DNA of 64,000 bases from Candidatus Lustribacter sp. (GCA_965277805.1 OZ255842.1:736001-800000); one strand, 5' to 3'. Numbered from the stretch's first letter, positions 28,865-39,014 are shown. Program-made: numbers and translations. Notes: generated from the letters alone by a model not told the origin.

Positions 28865-30396
28865 TGTTACGGACCATCGTCATCGCCGCGCTCGCGTTGG
28901 CGTTCGAAATCGGAGCGGCACCGCCGGCGACGCCGGCAGCGCGAACCGAAGCCTATCTCGCGGCGGCGGTCAAATCGGCACCGGTGAACCCGACGAATTT
29001 GACGCTGTTTCTCAGCCGCATCCCCAAGGGCGGCGACCTGCACCACCACCTCACCGGTGCGGTCTATGCCGAGAGCTACATTCAATATGCGGCCGAGGAT
29101 GGCGACTGCTTGGATGCGACCTTTACGATCGTCGCGCCGCCGTGCGATCCGGCCAAAGGCCAGTCGCCCGCCTCGCGCGCCGTCACCGACTATCTCTTTC
29201 GCAACCTGGCGATCAACGCGCTCTCGGCGCGCAACTATTCGCCGGTCGTGGGCGACGCGAGCATCCTCGTGCACTTTTTCCAAACGTTCTTCAAGTTCGA
29301 TCTGGTGACCAACGGGCACTGGCCGGAGATGCTGGCCGAGGTCGTTCACCGCGCGGCGATTCAGCACGAGCTCTACCTCGAGACGATGCTCTCGCCCGAC
29401 AAGTTCAAATCGTTGCCGCTCGGGCAACGCGTCGGTTGGGATCCCGACTTCGACCGGCTGCGCGCGAAACTCGATGCCGCCGGCGTGCCGGCGCTGGTGG
29501 CCGAGAGCCGCCGGAACCTCGATTCAGCGGAAGCCGGCGAGCGCCGCATCTTGGGCTGCGGCGGCGCTACTCCCGACGTGGGTTGCGGCTTGACCGTGCG
29601 CTATATTTTCCAAGTGCTGCGCGATGAGCCCAAGGAGCAGGTGTTCGCGCAAATTCAAACGGCGTTCGAACTCGCCGCGGTGGATCCGCGCGTCGTCTCG
29701 ATCAATCCGGTGCAACCGCAAGACGACTACCTGCCGATGAGCGACTTCGAGTTGCACATGCAGATGTTCGGCTACTTCCATAAGCGCTATCCGAAGATTC
29801 AGATCTCGATGCACGCGGGCGAGCTGTTTCCGGGCCTCGGCAAACCCGAGGAGATGGAGAACCCATCGCACATCCGCGATTCGATCGAGATCGGCGGCGC
29901 GGTGCGCATCGGCCACGGTCTGGACGTGCTCTACGAACGCGATCCGCGCGGACTGCTTGCGATGATGGCGCGCCGTCACATCCTCGTCGAAGATCCGATC
30001 TACATTCACGAGATGCTCGGACCCGGTGTCGTCGGCGGCGACCTCCTGCCGATCTACATGCACGCCGGAGTGCCCGTGTCGCTCGCAACCGATGACGAAG
30101 GCGGAATTCGCAGCAACCTGACGCAGACGTTTCTGCGCGCGGTGCAGGGCTACCACGTCGACTACTATGGGCTCAAGAAGCTGGTGCGCGACAGTCTCGA
30201 GCACGGTTTCATGGGTGGGGCGGATCTGTGGGCCGCACCCGAACGGTTCGACGCGATGGTGCCGGCGTGTAACCGGCAACCGCTCACGGCGCAGCAAGCG
30301 TCAGGAGCCTGCCGTGCGTTTCTCGCCGCGAACTTGCGGGCCGCGCTCGAGTGGAAGGAGGAGGTCGCGTTCGCGCAATTCGAGTCGCGCTTCTGA
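28864..30396 (+). CDS. Secreted adenosine deaminase-like protein (paralogue 2)
   Basis: Signal peptide; PKGGDLHHH, HAGE, RIGHG, ATDD; TGATG overlap; collinear with paralogue 1. Confidence 0.85.
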   Translation: MLRTIVIAALALAFEIGAAPPATPAARTEAYLAAAVKSAPVNPTNLTLFLSRIPKGGDLHHHLTGAVYAESYIQYAAEDGDCLDATFTIVAPPCDPAKGQSPASRAVTDYLFRNLAINALSARNYSPVVGDASILVHFFQTFFKFDLVTNGHWPEMLAEVVHRAAIQHELYLETMLSPDKFKSLPLGQRVGWDPDFDRLRAKLDAAGVPALVAESRRNLDSAEAGERRILGCGGATPDVGCGLTVRYIFQVLRDEPKEQVFAQIQTAFELAAVDPRVVSINPVQPQDDYLPMSDFELHMQMFGYFHKRYPKIQISMHAGELFPGLGKPEEMENPSHIRDSIEIGGAVRIGHGLDVLYERDPRGLLAMMARRHILVEDPIYIHEMLGPGVVGGDLLPIYMHAGVPVSLATDDEGGIRSNLTQTFLRAVQGYHVDYYGLKKLVRDSLEHGFMGGADLWAAPERFDAMVPACNRQPLTAQQASGACRAFLAANLRAALEWKEEVAFAQFESRF

Positions 30397-30406
30397 ATGC
30401 GGGAGC

Positions 30407-31354
30407 TTAGTGGTTCGCGTAGGTCGGTATCAGGCGCGAGCGCAGGTACTCGGCAAAGGGGACCGGCGGATAACGCGGCGGCCGTCGATCGGACGCGCAG
30501 CCCGGAATGCACGCGATCACCGCGTCCGGATTCGGTTCGCAGAAGAAGGCCGCAGAATAGCGTTCGCGGCCCGAACGGTTGACGACGCGGTGCGCGGTCG
30601 ATGCGTACACGTCGTTGGTCCAGCGCATCAGCGCATCACCGATGTTGCACACGAACGTATCGGGCACCGGGTCGAGCGCGATCCACGTGCCGTCGCGCCG
30701 GCGCACCTCGAGACCGCCGGCATCATCTTGGACCAGCAGGGTGAGGCCGCCGTAGTCGGTGTGCGGCGCGGCGCCGTGGAGGCGGCCGTCGAATTCGCCC
30801 GGATGCGGCGGATAGCGTAAGATGCGCAGCGCCGAGAGCGAGCGGTCGTAGTCGCTCGCAAAGAAGTCCGGCTCGAGGCCGAGATCGACGGCGATGGCGC
30901 GGTGAAGTGCGGCGCCCAAGTTTTCCATGCCGGCGAAATACGCGAGCAGCGCGTCGCGAAATCCCGGCAGGCGCGGCCACTGGTTGACGCCGACGAAGGG
31001 CGTCCCGGCGCGCAGATCCGGATCGTCGGGTTCGCGCTCGCGTCCGGCGTTGAATGATTCCTTGGCATCGGCCGGCCGGCTGGGGTCGAGTTTCTCGAGT
31101 GCCATGCGCGCGTAGCCGAGATAATGCGGCGACGCTTCGATCGGCGTTTCTGCTTTGACGGCAAGCGGCAGCGCGAAGAACGCCTGCGCGGCCGCGAACA
31201 GATCGTCGATCAGCGGCCGGGCGATCCCGTGGTTTGCAACCGCGAAGAACCCGATGCCGCGCGCCGCAGCGCCGATCGCGTGCGCAACCGCAACGATGCC
31301 GGCATCCCCTCCGTCGCGCAACGGACCGAGGTCGATGACCGGAACGCGCTCCAT
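30407..31354 (-). CDS. Isopenicillin N synthase-family 2OG-Fe(II) oxygenase
   Basis: VPVIDL, GFFAVANHG, HTDYG, STAHRV, RYS. Confidence 0.9.
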   Translation of the reverse strand: MERVPVIDLGPLRDGGDAGIVAVAHAIGAAARGIGFFAVANHGIARPLIDDLFAAAQAFFALPLAVKAETPIEASPHYLGYARMALEKLDPSRPADAKESFNAGREREPDDPDLRAGTPFVGVNQWPRLPGFRDALLAYFAGMENLGAALHRAIAVDLGLEPDFFASDYDRSLSALRILRYPPHPGEFDGRLHGAAPHTDYGGLTLLVQDDAGGLEVRRRDGTWIALDPVPDTFVCNIGDALMRWTNDVYASTAHRVVNRSGRERYSAAFFCEPNPDAVIACIPGCASDRRPPRYPPVPFAEYLRSRLIPTYANH

Positions 31355-31483
31355 GTTGCTGGGATTCGCGCTCAAAACGAGCGCGCCCCCGTGTAAAACT
31401 CTCGACAAACGTCGAACGGTTCGCCTAACCGATCCACCGCTGGAGTCTTGAGAGCCGTTCGCCTGCGGCGTACCATACGTACT

Positions 31484-32308
31484 ATGCAACCTTCCGAGGC
31501 GGGCGTTTGTCCATGCCGTGTCAGCAGCGCCGCCGAAGCCTTTACCGCGCTGCGGCGCGACGGTGCGGTGATCCTTACCGGCTGCGGCGATTCGCGCGAG
31601 GACGCCGCCGCGCTGGCGCGCAGCGTGCTGGAATCGTTGGCGCCGGTCATCCCCGATCCCGCGCCGATTAAGGAAGGCGGCGGCAACGCGGATCGCACCT
31701 ACACCAACATGCCGGGCGCGGACGGCCGTACGCTGGTGCCGTTCCAAACCGGGCATACCGACGGCTTCGCGTACGGCGATCGGTATCCGGACTTCATCTT
31801 TCTGCTCTGCGTTCGCGCGGCCGCTGCCGGCGGGGAATCGTTCGTCATCGATACGTACCGGATACTCGACGCGTTGGCGGCGTCGGAATCGGCGGACGAT
31901 CGGGCATTTCATCAATTCTTGACGACAACGCCGATCGAACAAACCGAGCCCGGCTTTCAATCTTCCCTCGCACCGGCCATCGGCGATAACGGTGCGGGCC
32001 GGCGGATGTCGCGCTGGACGCCCGTGCAGCGGCCCGATGCTTCGCTGACGGCCGGCGAAGTCGCGCAGCAGGCGGCGTGGCTCGCGCGCTGGGGACAGCT
32101 GACGCTCGAGGCATCGCTCGGAGCCCCGCGCTTCGTGCTCCAACCGGGCGAAACGATCTGTCTCGACAATTACCGGATGCTCCACGGGCGCACCGGATTC
32201 GACGATACGGAACGCACGTTGTGGCGCATCTGGGCCTGGACGACCGAAGCGCTCGCCGTTCCCGAGGGCATGTTGTTTTCGGACAGCCGGTTCGCGGTGG
32301 TGAAATAG
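31484..32308 (+). CDS. TauD/TfdA family 2OG-Fe(II) dioxygenase
   Basis: HTD...PDFIFLLC, GGES, DNYRMLHGR, RTLWR. Confidence 0.85.
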   Translation: MQPSEAGVCPCRVSSAAEAFTALRRDGAVILTGCGDSREDAAALARSVLESLAPVIPDPAPIKEGGGNADRTYTNMPGADGRTLVPFQTGHTDGFAYGDRYPDFIFLLCVRAAAAGGESFVIDTYRILDALAASESADDRAFHQFLTTTPIEQTEPGFQSSLAPAIGDNGAGRRMSRWTPVQRPDASLTAGEVAQQAAWLARWGQLTLEASLGAPRFVLQPGETICLDNYRMLHGRTGFDDTERTLWRIWAWTTEALAVPEGMLFSDSRFAVVK

Positions 32309-32331
32309 CACCACCGGCCGCGCTCGCCGAA

Positions 32332-33114
32332 GTGCCCGTTCACCACGACGCGCCGGCGATCGCCGTTCGCGGTTTGCGTGTCGATTTCACGCTCGAGCGC
32401 GGCCGCACGGTCACGGCGCTCGAGAACGTCGATCTCGACGTTGCGGCCGGCAGCTTCCTCGTTGTCATCGGCCCATCGGGCTGCGGTAAGTCGACGTTGC
32501 TGCGCGTGATCGCCGGGCTCACCGAACCCACGGCCGGAACGATTCGCGTCGGCGACTCGACGCCGCACGCGCTGGTGGCGGAGCACCGCTTGGGCATCGC
32601 CTTCCAGGATCACGCGCTCTTACCGTGGTTGTCGGTGTTCGACAACGTCGCGTTGCCGTTTCGCGTTGCCGGACAGCCGGTCGATGCCGCGCGCGTCGAC
32701 GAGCTGCTCGCGCTGGTCGGCATGTCGGAATTCGCGACCGCCCGTCCGCGCCAGCTCTCGGGCGGCATGCGTCAGCGCGTCGCGATCGCGCGGGCGCTCG
32801 TCCTTCGCCCGCGCATTCTGTTGCTCGACGAGCCGTTCGGCGCGCTCGACGCCGTCACGCGCCGTCAGCTCAACATCGAGCTGCAACGCATCTGGTCGAC
32901 GCAGCGCATCACCACCGTGCTCGTCACGCACTCGATCGACGAAGCGGTGTTTCTCGGCGACCGGGTCGTCGTGATGACGCCGCGACCGGGCCGCATCTGC
33001 CGCGACGCGGCCATTCCGCTCGCGCGCCCGCGCGGGCGCGAGGTGTTGAGCGAGGCGGCTTTTCACGCACTGACCGACGATCTCGCGCGCGCGCTCGACG
33101 ACGTGACGCCCTAA
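32332..33114 (+). CDS. ABC transporter ATP-binding protein (NitT/TauT type)
   Basis: GPSGCGKST, LSGGMRQR, LLLDEPFGALD, VTHSIDEA. Confidence 0.92.
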   Translation: MPVHHDAPAIAVRGLRVDFTLERGRTVTALENVDLDVAAGSFLVVIGPSGCGKSTLLRVIAGLTEPTAGTIRVGDSTPHALVAEHRLGIAFQDHALLPWLSVFDNVALPFRVAGQPVDAARVDELLALVGMSEFATARPRQLSGGMRQRVAIARALVLRPRILLLDEPFGALDAVTRRQLNIELQRIWSTQRITTVLVTHSIDEAVFLGDRVVVMTPRPGRICRDAAIPLARPRGREVLSEAAFHALTDDLARALDDVTP

Positions 33115-33848
33115 TGCGTGCCTTCTCCGTCGTCGCGGGTCTCGTTGCGCTGGCCGCGTTGTGGGAGCTGATCGGCCGCCTGCAGTTGTTCGGAACGACG
33201 TGGCCGCCGTTGAGCGCCGTCGCGGCGTACCTCGCCGTTGCGGATCATCAAACGCTGCTGGCAACGGCTGCGCTGCGCACGGGCAGTGAAGCACTGGCCG
33301 GACTCGCCATCGGCAGCACGGCTGCCATCGTGCTGGCGAGCCTCGGCGTGCTCGTACCGCCGGCGGCGCCCGGCCTCGGCGCGTTGGCCAGCCTCGTGAA
33401 CGGCATCCCGGTCATCTCCATCGCGGGCGTGTGCGTGTTGACGTTGCCGCGCGACGTCACGCCGGTCGTCGTGGCGGCGTTGGCCGTCGCATTCATCGTC
33501 TTCGTGGCCGCGAGCGCGGCGCTCGCCGGTTCGTCGATCACGAACCGCGATCTGTTCACGGTTCTCGGCGCATCGCGCCTGACGACGTTTCTGCGGCTGG
33601 ACGTTCCGGGCGCGATCGTGGGAACGCTCGACGGCCTGCGCACTGCGGCGCCGGTTGCGGTGGTGGGTGCGATCGTCGGCGAATGGTTCGCCGCGGAGCA
33701 CGGTCTGGGACCGTTGATCGTCGCGTCGATGCAAAACTATGCGATCGAACAGCTGTGGGCAACCACGTTGGCCGGTACGCTGCTGTCGGTGCTCTTGTAC
33801 AGCGTGCTCGGCGGAGTGCGCGCCGTCGCCGGCGCGCGCCTGGCCTAA
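33114..33848 (+). CDS. ABC transporter permease
   Basis: Hydrophobic, LGASR, IVGEW...GLG; TAATG coupling. Confidence 0.85.
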   Translation: MRAFSVVAGLVALAALWELIGRLQLFGTTWPPLSAVAAYLAVADHQTLLATAALRTGSEALAGLAIGSTAAIVLASLGVLVPPAAPGLGALASLVNGIPVISIAGVCVLTLPRDVTPVVVAALAVAFIVFVAASAALAGSSITNRDLFTVLGASRLTTFLRLDVPGAIVGTLDGLRTAAPVAVVGAIVGEWFAAEHGLGPLIVASMQNYAIEQLWATTLAGTLLSVLLYSVLGGVRAVAGARLA

Positions 33849-33851
33849 CCG

Positions 33852-34610
33852 GTGAGCGCCGTGCTTCCGCGCCTTTCGCGATTCGCTGCGTTGGCGTGGC
33901 CGGCCGTGCTGCTCGTGCTCCTGTGGCAGATTTGGATCGTCGCCGCGAACGTGCCGGTGATCGTGGCGCCATCGCCGGGGGCCGTGGTGGCGGAATTGGC
34001 GCGCGACCCGCTGCTCTACGCTCACGCTGCGGCTTGGACGATCGGCGTCGCCGTCGCAGGACTCATACTCGGCCTCGCGCTCGGCATCGCGCTCGCGATA
34101 GCGGTGTGGTTGACGCCGTTCGCGGCCGGAGCGATGACGGTGCCGGCGCTGCTCGTGCAATCGACGCCGCTGATCGCGATCTTGCCGGTCATCGCGCGCC
34201 TGCTGGGCTACGGCGAACAGACGGTCGTTGCGGCTGCGGTTGCGATTACGTTTCTGCCGACATTCGTCATCGTCGGCGCCGGTTTGCGCACGTCACCTGC
34301 GGGGGCCGAAGGCGTGTTTGCAGCGCTCGGTGCAACGCGCAGCGCGCGCCTCTTCTTGCTCGCGCTTCCGGCCGCCGTGCCGAGCGCGCTCGTCGCACTG
34401 CGCATCGCCGCGGCGAATAGCATTCTCGCCGCACTGGTTGCCGAATATCTCATCGGCCAGACCGGACTCGGACGGCTCTTTGCCGACGCGCAGAGCCAGT
34501 TTCTCACCTCGCGTTCGTGGGCCGCGAGTCTCGTTGCGACCGTCATCTCCGTCGGCGCCTACGCCGCGGCGCGCTATCTCGAACGTTACGGAAAGCGGTT
34601 TGCCGCGTGA
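33852..34610 (+). CDS. ABC transporter permease
   Basis: LGATR...LPAAVP, VAEYL...GLG. Confidence 0.87.
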   Translation: MSAVLPRLSRFAALAWPAVLLVLLWQIWIVAANVPVIVAPSPGAVVAELARDPLLYAHAAAWTIGVAVAGLILGLALGIALAIAVWLTPFAAGAMTVPALLVQSTPLIAILPVIARLLGYGEQTVVAAAVAITFLPTFVIVGAGLRTSPAGAEGVFAALGATRSARLFLLALPAAVPSALVALRIAAANSILAALVAEYLIGQTGLGRLFADAQSQFLTSRSWAASLVATVISVGAYAAARYLERYGKRFAA

Positions 34611-35599
34611 TGCGCCGGAGCGAATTTCTCGCTGCGGGTGCGGCGGCTGCCGGCGTCACGGCGACCGGGTTGCCGGCGCGCGCTTCGACGACGGTGACGA
34701 CCCAGCTGCAGTGGATCAAGGATTCGCAAAACGCCGGCTGGTGGGTTGCGGACGCCGACGGCTACTTTCGTGCCGCCGGCATCGACTCGACCGTGTTGGC
34801 CGGCGGCCCGAACATGTCGCAGCTCGAGGCCGTCGTCGATGCCGGCCGCGCGGACGTCAGCTTCGATACGCTCGAACGCGTCATCGACGCCAATGCCGCC
34901 GGCACCGATCTCGTGATCATCGGCGCGCTCTATCAGCACAATCCGCTGGCGATTCTGTCGCTGCCCAAGAATCCGATCCGCAGCCCGCGCGATCTGCTCG
35001 GCAAACGGCTCGGTTTGCAGCAGGGCGGCAACGTCTATGTGGATGCGATCTTGGCGCTGAACCACTTGCCGAAGACGTATACCGAAATCGTTGTCGGATC
35101 GACGCCGGATCCGTTACTGCAGGGCGCGTGCGACGGATTTTTGTCGTTCATCACCAACGAACCGCTGGTCTTGGCCGCGCGCGGCATTCCCTACGTTACC
35201 GCGACCTTCGAGCAACTCGGCTACTACACGTATGCGGATTGCCTGTTCTGCCGCCGCGACTACATCCGCGCGAACCGCGATCTGCTGGTGCGCTACTTGC
35301 GCGCACTGCAGCGCGGCTGGGCGGTGAGCGTGCGGGATCCGGAGCTTGCAGCCCGGCTCACCGTAACGACCTACGGCACGGGGCTCGGACTGGACGAGCG
35401 CAAGGAATTACTCACCAGCCGCGCTCAAGCGCCGCTGTTCGTGAGCGACGAGACGCGCGCGCACGGCATGCTGTGGATCGACAAAGAGCGCGTGGCGGGG
35501 CCGGTCTATACGACGTTGCGCGCGACGGGGCGAACGAATCTGCCGCCGGTGGACCGCTTGATCGATACGTCGCTGCTCGTCGAGGCGGCGCGCACCTGA
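34610..35599 (+). CDS. ABC substrate-binding protein, NMT1/THI5-like
   Basis: MRRSEFL signal, QLQWIK, GYF...GGPN, DLLGKRLG, RGW. Confidence 0.87.
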   Translation: MRRSEFLAAGAAAAGVTATGLPARASTTVTTQLQWIKDSQNAGWWVADADGYFRAAGIDSTVLAGGPNMSQLEAVVDAGRADVSFDTLERVIDANAAGTDLVIIGALYQHNPLAILSLPKNPIRSPRDLLGKRLGLQQGGNVYVDAILALNHLPKTYTEIVVGSTPDPLLQGACDGFLSFITNEPLVLAARGIPYVTATFEQLGYYTYADCLFCRRDYIRANRDLLVRYLRALQRGWAVSVRDPELAARLTVTTYGTGLGLDERKELLTSRAQAPLFVSDETRAHGMLWIDKERVAGPVYTTLRATGRTNLPPVDRLIDTSLLVEAART

Positions 35600-35600
35600 C

Positions 35601-36935
35601 TTAGGACACCGGCCACGTTCCCGCGATCGGCAGGCCGAACTGTTGTCGCAGGCGTGCAGCGGCCGTACGCGCGCGCGCACGGATGGCGCTTTCATCGGCG
35701 CCGGTGACGCGGCCGTCGCGCACCACGAAGCTGCCGCCGACCATCACGGTTGCGACGTTGCTGCCGTTGGCCGCGAAGACGAGGTTCGAGACGACGTCGT
35801 GAATGGGCGTCGTGTGCGCACGATCGAGGTCGACGAGAACGATATCGGCCAGTTTGCCGGCTTCGAGCGAGCCCAAATCGCGCCCGCGGCCGATGGCGCG
35901 CGCGCTGCCGAGCGTGGCCAGTTCGAGCACCGTTTGCGCCGGCACGGTCGCAGCGCGCCGCCGCATCGCGTTGTGCAAGAGCGTGGCGGTCTTCATCTCC
36001 GCGAACATGTCGTGACTGTTGTTGTTGAGGCCGCCGTCGGTTCCGAGCCCGACGCTGACGCCGGCGGCGAGGGCGTCGGGCAGCGGAAAGATCCCGGTTG
36101 CCATCTTCATGTTGGCGACCGGACTGTGCGCGAGATGCGTACCGGTATCGGCCAGCAAGCGTAGTTCGTCCGGCGTCACGGAGCTGCCGCCGATCAGCAG
36201 AACGTTGGGGCCGAGCACGCCGTTGACGTGCGACCATTGCGCGGGGCGCATGCCGAAGGTGTTGTCCATGTAGTACGAGTCTTCGATTTCGGAACAAAAG
36301 TGATACGTGATCCCGACGCCGAGTTCGCGCGCATCTGCGGCGACGCGGTGGTAGAACTCCGGAAAATAGCCGTCGCCGGGCCGGCGCGGAATCATCAAGC
36401 CGAACCACATCTGCACGCGCCCGGCGCCCGCACCGTTCCAGCGCCGCACGTCGGCGGCTGCGGTCTCGTCGCCGGGCTCGGTCCAGCGTGCGAGCACGGC
36501 CCGGATCCCCAAGCGTTCGATCTCGGCGGTCAAGGCGGCCAGGTCGTCGCGCGGATCGACGTTCGGGCTGACGAAGCACGTCGTTCCGGCGAGCAGCATC
36601 TCGATGGTGCTCAGAGCGTAAGCGGTGAGGGTATCGGCCGGATCCCGCTCGCGCAGATACGGCTCGACGATCTCATCGAGAAAGGGCATCCAATGCCGCT
36701 CGTCGCCGAGGCCGCGCAGCAGTGATTGATCGGCGTGACCGTGCGTATCGATCAGGCCCGGGATCGCGACCATTCCGCCGCCGTCGAAGCGCTCGGCGGC
36801 CGGATAGCGCGCGCGCAGATCGCGTGCTTTGCCGACCTCGGCGATGCGTTCGCCGTCGACGGCGATCGCCGCTTCGGCGACGATCCGCCGCGTTGCATCG
36901 ACGGTCACGGCCGTGACGTTGTCGATCAGGAGCAC
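35601..36935 (-). CDS. Amidohydrolase (MTA/SAH- or purine-deaminase-like)
   Basis: PGLIDTHGH, HFCSE, PVANMKMATG, GLGTDG, GSLEAGKLAD. Confidence 0.85.
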   Translation of the reverse strand: MLLIDNVTAVTVDATRRIVAEAAIAVDGERIAEVGKARDLRARYPAAERFDGGGMVAIPGLIDTHGHADQSLLRGLGDERHWMPFLDEIVEPYLRERDPADTLTAYALSTIEMLLAGTTCFVSPNVDPRDDLAALTAEIERLGIRAVLARWTEPGDETAAADVRRWNGAGAGRVQMWFGLMIPRRPGDGYFPEFYHRVAADARELGVGITYHFCSEIEDSYYMDNTFGMRPAQWSHVNGVLGPNVLLIGGSSVTPDELRLLADTGTHLAHSPVANMKMATGIFPLPDALAAGVSVGLGTDGGLNNNSHDMFAEMKTATLLHNAMRRRAATVPAQTVLELATLGSARAIGRGRDLGSLEAGKLADIVLVDLDRAHTTPIHDVVSNLVFAANGSNVATVMVGGSFVVRDGRVTGADESAIRARARTAAARLRQQFGLPIAGTWPVS

Positions 36936-36948
36936 CGCGCAACCTCGC

Positions 36949-37953
36949 TCACCGCAGCGAAGGATCTGCGGCGTAGACCTCGTCCAAGGGAGAAAAGTCG
37001 AACAGCCGGTTCGCAGCGATCGTGACGCCGCCGGCGCGCAACAGTTCGAGGTTGTGTTCGATTTGCGCGGGTGTCATCGAGAAGAGCCCGTGCGTGCGCG
37101 TTTGCGCTGATTCCATCAAGGTGCGCTGGATCGTGCTCTGTTGGATTTGATCGGCCAGCGTGAGTCCGAGGTCGCGTCCGTACTCCCCGACCGTCACCTG
37201 TGCGCTCAGCGCCGGCGACGCCAAGCTCGCTTTCCAGCCGCGAATCTCGGAGCGCAGCAGTGCTTTCACGGCTTCGCGCTGCGTGCGCAAGGTCGCATCG
37301 GAGACGATGTAGTTGTTGTTGACCAGCGGATAGCCGAATTCGCCCAGGCCGAACGTGTGCAGCCGAATGCCGGCTGCTGCGAGCTGGTGCGGCACGTTGG
37401 TGACGAATGCCAGCAACCCGTCGACTTGATTGTTGGCGAGCGGCGCCGGCGTCGATCCGACCGTGATCGTCGTGATGCTTGCCGGATCGATCGCGTTGAC
37501 GCGCAAAAACGCCGTCCACGTCAATTCGTTCCCGCCGGGAACGCCGATGCGCTTCCCGATCATGTCGTGCGGCGTGCGCAGCGGGCGCGCGGCGGGCGAG
37601 GCGATGATGTAGGGGCTGGTTTGATATTGCACGCCGATCGTCTTGAGCGGGGCACCCTGCAGCAGGGCGGAGGCCGTGACGGAAAGGCTGCTGATCGAGA
37701 CCAGCGCTTTGCCCGTCATGACCATCACTTCAACCGGTGGCGCGCCCGGGCCGCCGGCCAGCAGCGTGACGCTGGAAAAGCCGGCGTCCCGATAGTAACC
37801 GCGCTTGTCGGCAAGATACTCGCCGGCCCACTCGACGTTCTTGACCCACGGCAGTTGGAAGACGAGCGGCCCGAGATCGGCGCGCGGCGCCGCTCCCAGG
37901 AACGCCGACGCGGCTGCGCCCGCTGAGACGCGGGCGAACGTTTCACGATTCAT
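36949..37953 (-). CDS. ABC substrate-binding protein, NMT1/THI5-like
   Basis: NRETF signal, QLPWVKNVEWAG, GGPG, DMIGKRIG; resembles 34610-35599. Confidence 0.85.
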   Translation of the reverse strand: MNRETFARVSAGAAASAFLGAAPRADLGPLVFQLPWVKNVEWAGEYLADKRGYYRDAGFSSVTLLAGGPGAPPVEVMVMTGKALVSISSLSVTASALLQGAPLKTIGVQYQTSPYIIASPAARPLRTPHDMIGKRIGVPGGNELTWTAFLRVNAIDPASITTITVGSTPAPLANNQVDGLLAFVTNVPHQLAAAGIRLHTFGLGEFGYPLVNNNYIVSDATLRTQREAVKALLRSEIRGWKASLASPALSAQVTVGEYGRDLGLTLADQIQQSTIQRTLMESAQTRTHGLFSMTPAQIEHNLELLRAGGVTIAANRLFDFSPLDEVYAADPSLR

Positions 37954-37984
37954 TTCCGTCTTACTCTTTTATCGTGGGGAGTCT

Positions 37985-38000
37985 GTACCATTTGTCCAAA
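37985..38000 (+). repeat. 16-bp direct repeat, copy 1 (GTACCATTTGTCCAAA)
   Basis: Identical to 40267-40282; intergenic. Confidence 0.8.
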
Positions 38001-38039
38001 GAGGAGCAATAAGGAAACCTGAATGTTATCGGACTCCCC

Positions 38040-39011
38040 ATGAGCGTGCTGCATGTTGCCGTCGACGCGCGCGATCTTGCCCGCGACTGGCGCGGTATCG
38101 CGCGCTACGTGCGAGCGTTGCTCGCGCGATTCGCTCGGCGCGACGACGTGACCGTCACCCTCGTCGAGCCCAGCCCCTTCGGCCAGCGCGCGCCGCGCAC
38201 GGCCGACGTCGTCTGGCATCCGTGGAACGGCACGTTCTTCAGCGCGCGCGTTCCGTCGGTCGTGACGTTCCACGATGCGGTGCCGTTCCGGTTTCCGGCC
38301 GCCGATTCGCGCAAGCGCCGCAACGACCAGCTGCCCTGGCTGCGTTCGGCCGCGACCGCGTGCGCGTTCATCGCGAACTCGCGTTTCACCGTGGCCGAGG
38401 TCGAACGTTTTCTAGGCGTCGACGCGGCGCGTCAGACGGTGACCTGCTTTGCCGTCGAGCGCGATGTGTTCGCGCCGCAAGGCGACGTTGCGGCGCTGCC
38501 CGACGGACGCCCGTACGTGTTCTTCGCGGGGGCCTCGGAGCCGCGCAAAAACCTGGCGACGTTGCTCGAGGCGCACGCACGCGCGTTTCCCGCGGGCGAG
38601 GTCGCGCTCGTGGTCGCCGGTGCGGCACCACCGCCCGGCGCGCGCGCTCATTCGCTCGGAACGCTGGAGCCGGTCGAGCTCGCGCGCTGGTACCGCGGTG
38701 CGCGGCTGGTAGCCGTGCCCTCCTGGTACGAGGGCTTCGGCTTTCCGCTGCTCGAGGCGATGACGTGCGGCACGCCGGCGCTCGCGTCGCGTACGACCGC
38801 GCTCGTGGAAGTCGGGGGCGACGGCTGCGCCTGGATCGACGATCCGCTTGACGTCGAGGCGTGGTCGGCGGGGATGCTGCAGCTCGCAAGCGACGGCGAA
38901 CTGCGCGTCCGGTTACGCGACGCCGGGATCGCACAGGCGGCAACGTTTTCCTGGGACCGGTGCGCGGCGGAAACCTTGGCCGTGCTGCGCCGGGCAGCGG
39001 AGCACGCCTAA
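38040..39011 (+). CDS. Glycosyltransferase family 4 (GT-B)
   Basis: GIARY, EPRKNL, PSWYEGFGFPLLEAMTCGTP, FSWDRCA. Confidence 0.9.
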   Translation: MSVLHVAVDARDLARDWRGIARYVRALLARFARRDDVTVTLVEPSPFGQRAPRTADVVWHPWNGTFFSARVPSVVTFHDAVPFRFPAADSRKRRNDQLPWLRSAATACAFIANSRFTVAEVERFLGVDAARQTVTCFAVERDVFAPQGDVAALPDGRPYVFFAGASEPRKNLATLLEAHARAFPAGEVALVVAGAAPPPGARAHSLGTLEPVELARWYRGARLVAVPSWYEGFGFPLLEAMTCGTPALASRTTALVEVGGDGCAWIDDPLDVEAWSAGMLQLASDGELRVRLRDAGIAQAATFSWDRCAAETLAVLRRAAEHA

Positions 39012-39014
39012 GTA

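Noticed and set aside
31402-31415. TCGAC-N4-GTCGA palindrome between the divergent oxygenases
   Set aside because: TCGA words are very common in this sequence, so it cannot be distinguished from chance.
31355-32314. Apparent 635-aa fusion on the IPNS-like gene
   Set aside because: The extension is antisense to the TauD gene; the IPNS domain starts at MERVPVIDL.
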